64,000 nt of DNA from Setoptus koraiensis (Eukaryota > Animalia > Arthropoda), in contig CM106585.1 in assembly GCA_048013815.1 (NCBI GenBank), positions 682,001 to 746,000 of the forward strand. The letters run 5' to 3'. The notes under the pieces were generated by a model. That model was not told where the DNA came from. It searched no databases and saw only the letters and a program-made list of their open reading frames with translations. Positions 1-13,000 of this stretch are shown piece after piece (within the stretch, counting starts at the first letter, position 1; each line of letters opens with the position of its first letter). Made by a program: the position numbers and the translations under genes.

Positions 1-540
1 TGTCGTTGTTGTTGCTGTTGTTGTTGCTGTTGTTGCTGATGTTGAGTTGCCGTCAGACACATGCCTGCATTTGTGACACCGTGATGATACGCATGATGAT
101 GATGATTGTTTTGAGCAGCCGCGGCCGCAGCCAATAGCGACGTGGGCGAGTTATGTTGAGCTGCGGCCGCCGCCACTGCCGCCACCTGTAAATTGTTCAC
201 AATTGACCTGCTCAACTGCTCGTGGTTGCTTAGATGCGAGGCTAAATTGGCCGAACAGGCAAGATACAGACTCGTCGAGTCGCCTTGTTGCTGATAACGG
301 TGCTGATTGTTGTTGGCGTTGCTGTTGTTGTTGTGATAAACAGCCGGATGTAGGTATGAATGGTGCGGTTTGGTGATGGTGGCATGAGCTTGATTTGTTG
401 CTGGTTCATTGTTGCTGCTGTCGGTGCTGTTAGACGCCGATATGGACTCTTCCAAACTGGAGCTGCCACTGGTATAGCCATCACTTATGCGCTTACTTAG
501 TTTGGCATCAATGTATTGATTGTAGATGTCATTATTGTGC

Positions 541-592
<52 letters not shown>

Positions 593-1094
593 GCTGTTGC
601 GTCATCATTGTATGTTTCTTTATAGAAGCACTAGTGACAGTGTCATTGGATGCTGTGGTTGTTGTCGATATAGGTGGAGGCGTCAATGAAGTGTCGATGA
701 GTGTTGTTAGGGGGTTGTTGTTGTTGTTGGCTGCAGAGTAGAATGTTGAGTTGTGAAACGGCATGTGATCGTTGCTGCTGTTTGTATCTAGTTTGTTGTT
801 GCGCTTATTACCTATATGTTTCATCAAGGTGCTCTCTCCTGGTCTCTGTTGTAGTTGTAGTTGTTGTTGATGATGTTGTTGTTGTTGTTGTTGTTGCTGC
901 TGCTGCTGCTGATAGTCGTAGTGGTGCTGGTACTGCATTTGCATTTGTAACTGTTCTTTTGCAGTGAATAAGTCAAACTGTGGCAAATTGTTGCTGTCAT
1001 ATTGTTTATTGGTGTTGGTGCTGTTGTAAATATGATGATGTTCGGTATTGTTGAATGACGTTGGCCCATTTGTTTGCACACCAACTTGTGCACC

Positions 1095-1129
<35 letters not shown>

Positions 1130-1931
1130 TTGCATGATTGTTGCTGTTGTTGTTGTTCGTTTGTGTGGCCAAACCAGCCAAAGTGTGCTGATGATGCATG
1201 CTGGCGGCACTTGACACAGCCATGGATTGAACATGATTGATTAACGAATAACGTTTGTATCGTTTGCGACGCCTCAAAAAGCTGCCATTGTCGAACATGT
1301 CCTCCGAATGCGGATCTAAACTCCAATAGTTGCCCTTGCCTGGATTTGCGGCCTCGCGAGCCACCTTCACAAAACAATCATTCAACGATAGATTGTGTCT
1401 AATACTATTCTGCCACAATGGATATTTGTCTTTATAATAGGGGAAACGTGACTTAATAAAATCACAAATACCCGCCAATGTTGTGCGTCGATTGTGCGAT
1501 TGCAATATGGCCATTGTAATGAGTGCTATGTAAGAGTAGGGTGGCTTTGGGTGCACAGTGGTGGTGCTTTTCATTAATTGTTTATTACCAGCCAATTGAT
1601 TACATACAGCGGCTTGGCTGTTACTTTTGGCATTGTTTGTTGGCTTGTTGTGTTGCTTTATTGCTTGCTTGCCATTACTACTACTGGTCAGTTTGTTGTT
1701 ACTAGAATGCTGTTTTTTCGCTTTGGCCATTTTACTATTGGTGCTGTTGTGATTGTTGCTTGTGCAAGTTTGCAAGCTATCGCCGCTGTTACTATAATCG
1801 TCGCTTATGTCATAGGCCACTGGATCAATCATGTCCTCGTCGTTGTCGCTGTCTGCACCTTGCAACGTTGTCTTGCCGTCGTCGTGATGACGAGGCGAAC
1901 TGGTCGGCTCCACATGATTGTCGCGATTCAT
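1..1931 (-). CDS. FoxD: FoxD-class forkhead transcription factor (FoxD3/fd59A/unc-130-like). Stop codon lies beyond the left edge of the window.
   Basis: Stop-free minus frame from ATG 1931 ([12 protein letters not shown]...) to the edge, at least 643 codons. It is missing from the ORF track because there is no stop in the window. Forkhead domain at 1547-1251: [99 protein letters not shown], the FoxD signature. Acidic N-terminal patch; poly-Q/N/T/A tracts downstream. Confidence 0.92.
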
Positions 1932-4663
1932 ATTCACCACTGATCGTTGATTATTGACTGTTAATGTAAAAATTACTGATTTCTTACGACTTACCAATGA
2001 TTACGATGCGATTCTCGCCACTAATACGCTGATTTCATTCCACAATCAATTGCCCTAAGCCACCAGCATTGATATTATATGCTTGCGTATGTTGTTGTTG
2101 GCTGAACAACTTGCCTTTAAATAGGTCTGCTGCGCGACTATGCTTTTTGTCATTGAGTGTGCTGTTTTTTGTTTGTAGCAACGTCGCCAATTTTCTAATT
2201 TGCGCGAATGTCGCTATGCGTCGCAGTTTCTGTGCGCATGCTCAAGTGAATTTACTGCAGTGATAACTTGAGCGCGCAATGTGCGTGCTTCTTTGCATTA
2301 TAGGCCAGTTTTAGACTTGCACACTGTGCGCAAACATCACACTATATATACTGTATTGGTATTGATATTGATATTGATTTTAATATTTATATTTATCCAT
2401 GTATATGTGCATTTATAAATGACTAGATGTCATTTGTTTTGCATATGGCGCAACAATGGAAATATTGGGTCAACTATTTGCGCTCAAACTGCGCCCATAG
2501 ACCAATCAACAGTTTACACAAGCATAATAATTTAGGTGAAATGTGTTTGTGTTTAACGGCTACCATCACTATATATATTTCATATTGTATAGTGCTAATG
2601 CATCTTATCCATCACGAATTTATCCGTACATTTCGCTGATGCACACAGACTCTTCTCGAGCTCACTCCACTACTACTAATGAGACTACTAATGAAAAAAT
2701 ATTGTGACTCAAGATTGATCATTGCTCACTTTGGAGCGGATGGCCGCAGCAAGGCGACAAGAGGGCACTTTTCTAGCTGCTGGTACCCTTCGAGGTAAGT
2801 GGACAGGGTGCCTGCTCGATGACCGCTCACTGGGCTAGGTGTTAATGGAGTGTGTGTTGTACAAATTGTGTTGTGGACACGTTGTATTATTGGATGGATT
2901 ATTAGACTATTAAATGATGCCTATACAACCTATGGCGACTAATACAAGCGACTGTTGCTCATATTATGAGATGGTTCAGTAAATGAGCATATGCTTAGTT
3001 TTGTAGGTTTTATACAACACAACACAGTGAGTGCATTGTTGTTGTCTATTGTAAAACTAGTTGTGAGGCCAATTTGTGCAAATGTACAAGCGAGTGAGTT
3101 GAACAATGTTCAATTGTCTCAATTGTGTTGTTGTTGTTGTTGCTGTTGCTGTTGTCACATTGTTGTTGCTTGTTGCTGTATTGTTGTTGCTACAATGTGG
3201 TGGTCGCTATACGCTGCTGAGAGTGCTGGTGTAGTTGTAGTTGTAGCTGTAGCAACAATAACAGCGGTTGAGTTTGTGGCACACGATTAATGTAAATGCA
3301 CAACAACTTAATAACAACAACTTACAAACACATACAAACATTGGCATATCCGCATGTCTGTGTCACTAATACAAGCTAATACAAGCTATTATAAGCTAAT
3401 ATACACGTCGCTAATATCGATATTAAGTGTGCGCCAACTGCATCAGCTGCCACCAGAAATCACAGCAAAAGAACAATTGTCGTAGCTGCCATTGCATTAT
3501 TAGTGGCTCACATAAGCGTTATATTGGCCTCATATTAACGCGTCGGTGGCATCACTGACCCACCGGGGTGGCCGCCGATGGTCAGCATTCTATGTTCCAT
3601 GGTGACGATATTGACGATATTGATGGTATTGATGATAGTGATGATATTGATAATATTGATAATATTGATAATAAGGTAGACGAGTGTGTGTGTGTGTGTG
3701 TGTGAGCGGCGCCATTCAAAGATGAAGCTGTCAACGCACAACTACAACCAGCACAACAATAGAGGAACCCAACTCAACAAACAACTCAATAAACAACAAC
3801 AACAACAACTAAATGAGCGGTGTCGATTAGGTGCGATTCAGCGAACAATTGAGTGCTTATCCGAGTATTTATACCGAAGAGTGTTTATCTCGCACACATC
3901 GGGGGCTTATGTTGATCGTGTTCAGTGGAAGCGGATTGATTGAGGCCGACACAAACACCAACAAACAATCGACCAACACCGACAACTGCAGCCACAATTG
4001 CAACTGCAACGGAAACAGGCATGCCTATAGCATGTGCGCGATATTAACCCAATTGGCTGGCCTGGCCACACTCGGCGCTGTTGGTGTGACAGTTCAAATT
4101 GGGACATTTACTCACTCGTCGATTGGTATCACGGCCACTGATATCATGGCACCATCGCACAACAACAATACACTGACACCGGTAACACATTAGTGGTGAC
4201 ACTTATTTATTTATAACACATCCATACGATTATACAGCCCAACACGCACGCACACACACACACGTACTGTGCACATGATATACAGATGCTCGTTGAATGT
4301 TGAATTGAGCGTGATTAAGCCCCTTCGATGGGGCCCCACCGACTGAACCGGACACAAACCCAACACAAACTCGACACTAACCCCACACAAACTGACCATA
4401 CATACGCCGGCCAGAGACTGGCCATAGACCGACCAGAGACTGACCATAGACTGACCAGAGACTAGACGCCAGGTACAATGGTAGCGGACTGGTGGTCGGC
4501 AATGGGGCCACACGCAGACACGCAGACTCACATGAGCACGTGAACGTGGGAGCATGTGAAGCAACAATACTGACCAAATCAAAGCCATGTCACTTATAAA
4601 ACAAATTGTGCCAATTGTGCAAGTTGTCAAAGGGCTCTGCACGTGCCCAGTACGCGGTCGCTC

Positions 4664-4709
4664 TGTTGTGCCGCTTGTTGTGCCGCTTGTTGTGCCGCTT
4701 GTTGTGCCC
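4664..4709. repeat. 12-bp tandem repeat (TGTTGTGCCGCT) x3.8
   Basis: Read directly from the sequence. Confidence 0.85.
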
Positions 4710-5031
4710 GGTAGCTGGCGACGAGCGGGGCCTCTTGGCCTGTTTGCGGGCCCCAGAAAAGAGTAAACTGGACAGAGACAGGGCCTGTCATGTTTGAACA
4801 ATGGCCAGAAATTCAATTTACACGCTCTGTCTCAATTGGGATCGCAACGAAACGGATCGGCCAATCTGTGATTGTGTCGGCCAGCACACACAGTCAAACG
4901 CAAGATTGTGTGACACAAGATCGGTCGGTGTGTGTGTGACGCAAGTCGTAAATCATCGTTCTTTTATTCAGTGTTATGTCGCAAGGTTGTCGGTTTTGTT
5001 TGTTGGCGCCCTGTCGGACGATTACAATTAC

Positions 5032-5101
5032 TATCACTATTGCCGCCGTTAGTATCACTATTGCCGCCGTTAGTATCACTATTGGTGCCGTTAGTATCAC
5101 T
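5032..5101. repeat. 21-bp tandem repeat (TATCACTATTGCCGCCGTTAG) x3.3
   Basis: Units at 5032, 5053 and 5074 (two substitutions), partial unit at 5095. Confidence 0.85.
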
Positions 5102-8100
5102 GTGAGTCAAACTATATAGGTGCAAGAGACAAGTTTCTTTTGCTTGCGTCGCTTACTGTGCGTGTGTGTGTTCTGGTGTGTTATTGCAGCATTTGCGAGC
5201 CTATAAACACACACACACACACACACGTTGGAATGGCATTTTTATCTATTTATACCTGGTTGGTGTTTGTGTGGCCACAACAAGAGCTGGCGTTAGAATG
5301 GCAGTGAGAGAGAGAGAGAGAGCGCGGCACAACACAAATGTTGTTTGTCGTTGCATATTATATATAATATATTTGCTTGTTGTTGTTGTGATTTATGTCT
5401 TGGCAAACCGAGCTGTGCCATGTTGACTATCGAGCACAAATAAAAAGGGATTGATCCAGTGACAACAACACCATAGATCACCGACCAACGACACTTGATG
5501 TAGCGCGCACTCGTTTGCCGCCATGCTTGTTGTGTGTGTGCTATATTTGCCGGTCATCCACTCGCTTGTGACTGCTGCTCACTGCTCACTACTATTGACT
5601 AGACGAGAGTATATCAATATTTAAGTAACAACAAACAGGCAAACAGTTCCCCTGCAACACAGCAACACACCAACACACCAAAACAGCCAACAGCAACAAC
5701 AACAGCTGCTTGCGAGCCAGCAACAACAAAAAGAATTGTCAAAAAGAATTGTCGCCTTTGTAGACTGGGAGCCGCCAATACAACAAGCCGCCTTGTTGTT
5801 CCGCCAACGCAAATAATGAGCGGCCATCATTAAGTGTCACACAGTCTTCTTTTGGGGCGCACATCGCGCACACCGCGCATATCGCACATATCGCGCATAT
5901 CGCACATATCGCATGGATAATACGTAAATATATAATACACTAGCTGCTACTTATTTGCGGCGCGTTATGCACCATTTTGCTTGCCACTGTTTTGCTTGCA
6001 CGCGAGACAACAACGACAACGACGACACTTTGAGTAAATAAACATCTTTAGGCAGTGCCGACGACAACGACCATCAATTACTTTTTTGCCTCCTCTTCTC
6101 CTTTTTCTTCTCCGTCTTCTTCCTCTTCTTGTCGCTGCTGTGTCGTTGCTGTGTCGTTGCTAACAACTTATTATGACGAAACTTATGGTTTTGCTTGGTG
6201 TCGCTGTTGGTGCTGGCATTGATGGCCAACAGCCACAGGCCTCCGTGAGAAAGCCTCGCCCACGCTCACCGTCTCGGCTGGTTTGTGCGTGTGTGTGTGT
6301 GTGTCAAAACGATAATCCAACCAACGGCAATCAGGCTAGACAATTTGTCAGCGAGACGCTAAGACAACACAACAGCACAAACAGTTAATTCAGTGCAATG
6401 CCAATGTATCAACACAAGCAGGCTAGCCAAGCTAAAAAACAACTCACTATATACTTATAAGTTATAGCACTCATATTATATTATGTTATATTATAATATG
6501 TGATAGACACACAACAAACTAATACCCATCGAGAAAGACTGACACTGAATTGATTGAATCTGGTCCTCTCAATTTGTTTGTCGCGCACAATCTTGGGATA
6601 GCCTCGGGCACGGCTAATCCCTTTGTCATATGTAAGAGAGAGGCCAAAAAACTATTGTCATTTTGTGTTGTCACCAGCCAGACAAGCAGCCAGCCAGCCA
6701 GACTGACAGGCGCCCACTCAGTGTGTGTTTGCCACCTAATAATAACTCGTCGGTGTTTGTCCACATCCACTATCAGCCATCCACTATCAACCGTTTTGCT
6801 GTCGTTTGGGTCGACAGCAACACGGCCATGGTTCCGTCGTGTGTTTGTGTCCATTTGCTTCAATTCCATCACCATCATCGCCACCACCACGACAATAACA
6901 ACAACCGCCAGCAAGAAGGTCAAACAACTCGAGGCGCATTACTACTAAATAATCACCTACTTAGATGATAAATAAATGGTAGCATGGTGGTGGCAAGCAA
7001 AAAGAGCAAGAGATAATCGCGGTCGTGACTCACTCTCAATAATGAGACAATTCCAACCAGAAAGAGAAAGAGAGCAAACAAATACAACAGCTTACGCAAT
7101 ACCAACCATAATCATCTTTTTGTGTGTGTCGGTGTGCGTGTGTGTCGGTGTGTGTGTGCGTGTGTGTGCGATTATTAAAAGAGAAAATAGAGTGAGAAAA
7201 TAGTGAGGCAAGGCAAGTGGAGCGTATAAGTAGCTATGTACATGCCATTTGTGTTGTATCTAGTTCTATATTTATGTTGCATATTTATAAATGCACTAGT
7301 CTGTATATAGTGTGCGGTATAAATATTATTATTTATTATATACTCATCACATTGTGCGCAGTGATTAAATGCAAAATAGACTGGATTGGATCATGGTTTC
7401 AATCACGACAACTATAGCGACTGTTGCTGCTGTTGCCGCTGAATTGCCAGTGAGCGCCCATAGTGTCGCCCGTCGTAAGTCGCCCATCGCTCACTGTAAA
7501 GCACAACTAAGCAAACAAATACGCGAACAAATAGACAAACAAACAAACAAACTAGCGAACAGACAAACAAACAAACAAACAAATGGAGCAAACTAAGAAT
7601 ATGCTCAAATATATAAATGCTGCTTTCGGTTAGCTCAAACTAAACTTGCCTGCCACTCTCCAGAGAAATAAGAATCAAACTCATAGCAATTACTAATCCA
7701 CAGCTCTCACTTCATGGCACCACAACAAGGATTAATAATAATAATGACAATTTGTGAGATGTTTTTGTTGATGATAAGTGTCACTAAACTGAATCTGTTA
7801 TTACTGTCATTATTATTATCATTACTGTTATTATCATTAATATCATATTTTACATACATGAGCCGCTCGCTGGCAGCACGATCGATTCATTCCACCTGCA
7901 CCCAGCAAAAACACACACACACACACGAGACACGAGAGACAGACACTTTGACCGTTGCCAAGTTACTAACAAAGTTTTGCAAGTTTTGCAAGTTGTGCAA
8001 GATTTGCAAGTTTTCTCCTCAATTCGATCATGTACACCCACGGAGCTATATACTGTCTGGCTACATAATTGTTTGTTGGCGCACCAAAACATCGGCTCTC

Positions 8101-9512
8101 TGGAATTCGTGCTGCTGTCTCGTCACCATGTCGCTATCTATCTGTCTCTCCGTCTCTCCGTCTGTCCAATGTATAAAATGTAAAACGTCACATGCAAAAT
8201 GTAAAATGCAAATTGTATTTTGTGGCTCACAATTAGTTGGTCGAGTGTGTACAACTGTTGTTGCTGTTGTACAGTGCATTAATATTCCAAAATAAGCGGA
8301 CACAGCAGAGAGACAAGATGGCGACATCGCTAATCCAGATGCAATCAAGCAACTACAAACAACTTGTGACTTGCTGGTCGCTAGTAGCCAGTTCACTTCA
8401 GCTCGTGCTTTGGCGCTTCTCAGTCTGGCAGCGTCACTTTATTATTTCATGTCGGGCGGAACAAATGGCTCGGCATGGCTCGACTAGTTTGGTTTGACTT
8501 GCGAATAATTGAGCTTCCAAACGAGAGACAAAGGATCATTATAAACACTAACATGTTCTTCAGTAGCGTTGCACTCTATAGATATGAATTCATCGAGGAA
8601 TGTATATTCATAAAGAGTGATCGCTATTCAATAGCAACAAATGACCAGTGAATATGAAATTTTCGGATAAACTTAAAACATGGCAAAATTAGCCCAATGT
8701 TAGTTTTGCTCAATGTGGTCAACAGTTTGTTCGCGGCTTCGGTGCTTGTTCATCATTATAAGCGAAATATTATCATCCGTCTTCCATCACTTCAAATATT
8801 GTTCAGTGAGGAGCGGCCGAACCGACCATCCACATGTTCAAGTAAGCCGTTGCACGTTGTAAGACTCACAATGCAACCATTCTACACGCCACATTCGATG
8901 ATTAACATTGAACATTATAATTGATGATTATCATTAATTATGTAGATTTAGTTTTTTTTTCAATCAACTTTTTCTGCTTGTTTGTATCACTACTACCATC
9001 CTTTGTGCATCTAGTCAGAATGAATTATTCAATCGCTGTGATCTTGTAATGAATATGTAGCACGGGGATTCTTTTGGGTGGTCCTATTCAGTTTTATGGA
9101 TCCTGTCAGGTCACTTCATCTGTATGTTATCCGCTTGTATGTTGATTAACTAAAATTAAACAATATCCACGTCCGATCCACGTGGTAAGTTACAGTTAGC
9201 GAGCTAAGCAATTATAAAAGTTGATGTTCAAGGATGGATATAAAAAAAATCAGCATGAACTATTCACCAGCGGATTTTTTGACTAAATTTCGTTCAAAAT
9301 TGGCGCCTTTTGAAAATGATGAAAGTGTGATTTTTTATCGCACACTAAACGATCCGTATTGATTATGACTGGACCTTCCACAATTCGAGAATTTATATAG
9401 TACTACATAGTAGTATTATTCGGACCAATCACTCATATTATTTGTTTCTCATACATTATACACTATTGAGTTGTTTATTGTAATTATTATCAATAATCAT
9501 CAATACTGCAAC

Positions 9513-9953
9513 ATGTTCATAAGTGCAATTGCGATTGTAAGTGCCAGCAATTGTCCACTTCTCGTTAGGACTTACCTGGATGACAAAGATGAGGAGGAGG
9601 CCACAAAACTAATCTACTTATTACACGCCAGCTTGGATATTGTACAGGAAAAATCGGATCAACCCCAATCGCGCGACTGTTTCCTTGGTGTCATATATCA
9701 ATGTGAAAAATATAAAATCTACGGACTAATGTCCACTACTAAAATCAAAGTTCTACTAATGGTCACAAACAAGGCCAATCAGCCTGTTAGAGAGAGCGAA
9801 GCAAGAAGCATGTTGAAAAGTATTCACACTTCTTACATAGAGTCTACGGCCATGAATCCATTTTATCAGCCGGACCAGCCAGTTAAATCAAAGAGATTGG
9901 ACGCAACAGTCAATGGTATGATCAATCAAACTCAGTTTATTCTCAACGAATAA
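9513..9953 (+). CDS. TRAPPC2L: Trafficking protein particle complex subunit 2-like (sedlin family), 146 aa, intronless
   Basis: First ATG at 9513 (MFISAIAIVSASNCPLLVRT). Motifs LLHASLDIVQEK, FLGVIYQCEKYKIYG, TKIKVLLMV, EARSMLKSIH and MNPFYQP follow the sedlin/TRAPPC2L pattern along the whole length. Confidence 0.92.
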   Translation: MFISAIAIVSASNCPLLVRTYLDDKDEEEATKLIYLLHASLDIVQEKSDQPQSRDCFLGVIYQCEKYKIYGLMSTTKIKVLLMVTNKANQPVRESEARSMLKSIHTSYIESTAMNPFYQPDQPVKSKRLDATVNGMINQTQFILNE

Positions 9954-10063
9954 CTCAATCATTAGTCATCGTTTACATGTGAAATATGTTTTTAGTATTT
10001 AGTATGAGGTGTTTGCTTGTTGTGATCAATCAAACTCAATTTATTCTCAACGAAAAAATCAAT
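9919..10063 (+). repeat. ~40-bp direct duplication of the TRAPPC2L 3' end
   Basis: TGATCAATCAAACTCAGTTTATTCTCAACGAA (9919-9950) recurs at 10023-10054 with one G>A change, followed by a similar ..TCAAT tail. Confidence 0.85.
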
Positions 10064-13000
10064 TAAACTGTTGTTATTACTATGAATAGATGATTGACGC
10101 TGTTCATCACTCCAAGTAAGTCCGGTGCTGTACGAATAACGTATTCAGTGACGAATTGACACGTTGGAAATATGTGTATTATGTAGGATGGGTGCGCTTC
10201 ACCAGGGTGCATCACATTGACAATACCCGCTGCTTGTTTACTTTGGAAATAATCTATAAATCCTGATCTTAGAGATGTTGACTGTTGCAACAGATCAATT
10301 TGGTCTCTTCCAGTTGGCACAGCTAATAGCATACAGTGATCATCATGAACTTGCATCTTCCTTTGGACTCCATCTAATTGACTAGGCTCTAGACGCATCC
10401 TTTGGTTTATTTTAATGGGTATTGGGGCATTCGTTTCATCCAACATGGCTCTATAGGATAAGGTTGATATTCTTTCGCTACCGGACACGAAATGCATTTG
10501 AACAGTAGCTGAGACATTTTTCATGTTGAAACTGGACGCCCAAGCAACTGGAAATTTAGAACTTAGAAGACTAAACCAAAGCGGACTCTGACCACTGTTA
10601 CCAGTAGTGTTGCTGAAGTTGGGTAAAAATCTTAGATTATTGGGGACCCATCCAGGCTGCTGGATTCCACCATCTAATTGAGGTGGTTTGTATCCAACAT
10701 GATGATTAAGTCTTGATGGTGGCACACCTCCAGCTAATAAATTGCTGAAGAGTAGCGAATTATGAGAATTGAGATCACCGTAAACAGCGGGAATATCACC
10801 TGGATTATCTTTTCGCAAAATGCTAAGATGATCGTGTTGTTGCTGTTGTGGGGGTGGTACATAATAGGTAGGTTGTTGTTGCTGCTGCATCGGTTGTGGT
10901 ATAGGTATTTGCTGTTGCAACTGTTGATTCTGGAGTTGCTGTTGATGCTGCATAGGTTGTGGTAAAGGTAGTTGTTGTTTTTGAATCGGTTGTTGTATAG
11001 GCAGTTGTTGTTGTAACTGTTGGCTTGGATGTTGTTGTTGCAGCATGGGTTGTTGCAAGGGTAGTTGTTGCAGATTCTGATGTTGTTGTTGCTGCTGCAT
11101 AGGTTGCATTATTGGTGGTAGCTGCTGTTGCAAATGTTGGTTCGGATGTTGCTGGTTCTGGCTATGTTGGTGTTGTAGTTGCTGCTGCTGGGGCATCGGT
11201 TGCTGTGTCGGTTGATGCATTGCTGGTAGTTGCTGCTGAGATGGTTGCATAATTTGTTGTTGTTGCTGCTTAGGTGGCTGCTGATTCTGATGGTTGAGAT
11301 GAATATTATGATGAGGTTGATTCTGTTGTTGCTCCTCTTGAATAATGAATCCTTTTCCAGTTTTCAGCTTCATTGGAACAGCAGCATTAGCAGAGAAGTG
11401 TAGCCTTTCTGATACTGTTGGTATCTTCGAGACATCCCCAACAATTATCGGCGCTTGGCTGATACCAGTCACAATTGACGGCTCTGGTTGAGTTCTTGGC
11501 TGAATAATAAAACCTTTGCCAGTTTTCAATTTCATAGCCGTTGTAGAGTTGTGAATACGCTCAGACACCGTTGGTATCTTCGAAACGTCCTCCACAATAA
11601 TCGGTTGACTGACACCAGTTATGATAGATGGGCCTGATGGTGGGGGAGCTGTGTAATTTGTATCCAAGTTCTGAGTTTGAGCATTCAAGTTAGGTGACTG
11701 CTGAGATTGATTGGCGTTAGTTAGATTATTATTCATAATAATGGCCGATTTGTTGATACCGTCTTGTTGAGCAGCGGCAGCAGCTGCCTGAGCTTTCATC
11801 ATTTCTGCCTTTCCGAATTCACTGATGGCTTTCCTCTTATTTTCCAAGGGAGTAGTGGGCGTTCGAGCAGTTATAAATTCCTTGGAACTCTTGGGCAACT
11901 CGACCTTCACAACAGACGGCACATTCCTATTATTACCTTGCTGTTGGTCATGCAACTGTTGTTGTGCCTCTTGCTGCTGGAGTTGTTTCAGATGATGCTG
12001 ATGAGTGTGCTGCTGATCAACAACTTGGTGTGATTCTTGCTTCTGGGAATCGTTTTGTCGATCTTTCTGCATGGAAGAAATTGCTTGATTATGAGTCGAC
12101 AACTTAGATGGTGAGGCAGATCTACTGAAATGTAATGCATCCGAATGTTGGTTGTTAGAGATATTATTCTGGGTATTCGATAGATTGGAGACAAAAGGTG
12201 CCGGTGCTACTCCCAATACTGTGGAGGCCACTTTAGCCGGCATCGAGGAGGAATTTTCATCAGCAGTGCAACTAGATTCGGAATGCTCACTCATGCTAGT
12301 CTGGTCAATTCCATATGTTTTAGCAGCTAGTCTTGTCAATCTGGTTGGTCTACCGGAACGAGATGTTGTGTTAACAGCAGTGTTTTGCTGTGCCGGTGTA
12401 GCAGAAACTGTATTTGAGGTGGTTGTCGTCGATAAAGGATTGTTGTGTTTTGTTGCATCATTGGCGTCGCTAGAGTGATTCTCAGCAACAAGATCCTTTT
12501 GTTGTTGTTCTGCTGTTGCGGTTTTCTGCTGAAGAATTGCATCTTTCTGGTTACCTCTTCTAGCGCCACGTCCAGTCCTTCGCGGTTTTGGGGTGGTAAC
12601 ATTACCTGTGTTTTGAGCAGTTATAGCAGCCGGAACTTCTTTCTGAGCCGTCACGTTATCAAGTGGTGCAGTGTTGGTTGCCAATATACCAGATGCATTC
12701 TCTTTGCCGCTATCTTTGCTATCATCTGATTCCTTCTTTTGGTCCACCTTAGGTGCCTGTTGCATAAGCCTAGCTGATTTCCTAGTTGGTTTCATGTTGG
12801 TAGAGGCATTGGATGCAGTACTGGTGAGTGTTGTATTGCTGGTAGTTGTAGATGTTGTAGGTACTGATGACAAATTGACACTCGGAGTTATGGCAGCATC
12901 TGTAGGCTTCGATTCGGAAACAGCCACATCCACAGGTTGTTTGGCTTGATGGAATTCCGATTTTGGCTGGTGACTTATATGATGGGATGCATAATGATCT

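Noticed and set aside
242-1957. Track ORFs around the left end (242-484, 701-967, 824-1234, 1578-1943 and others)
   Set aside because: Alternative-frame or antisense shadows of the FoxD CDS.
1958-1994. Possible 37-nt intron upstream of the FoxD ATG
   Set aside because: Too short to trust, and not needed for the CDS because an in-frame TAA lies just upstream.
8500-8780. hAT transposase-like words on the minus strand (EAANKLL...IGLILP, SATLL, DPLSLVWK)
   Set aside because: Spacing is incompatible with hAT, there are several stops and frame changes, and no TIRs were seen.
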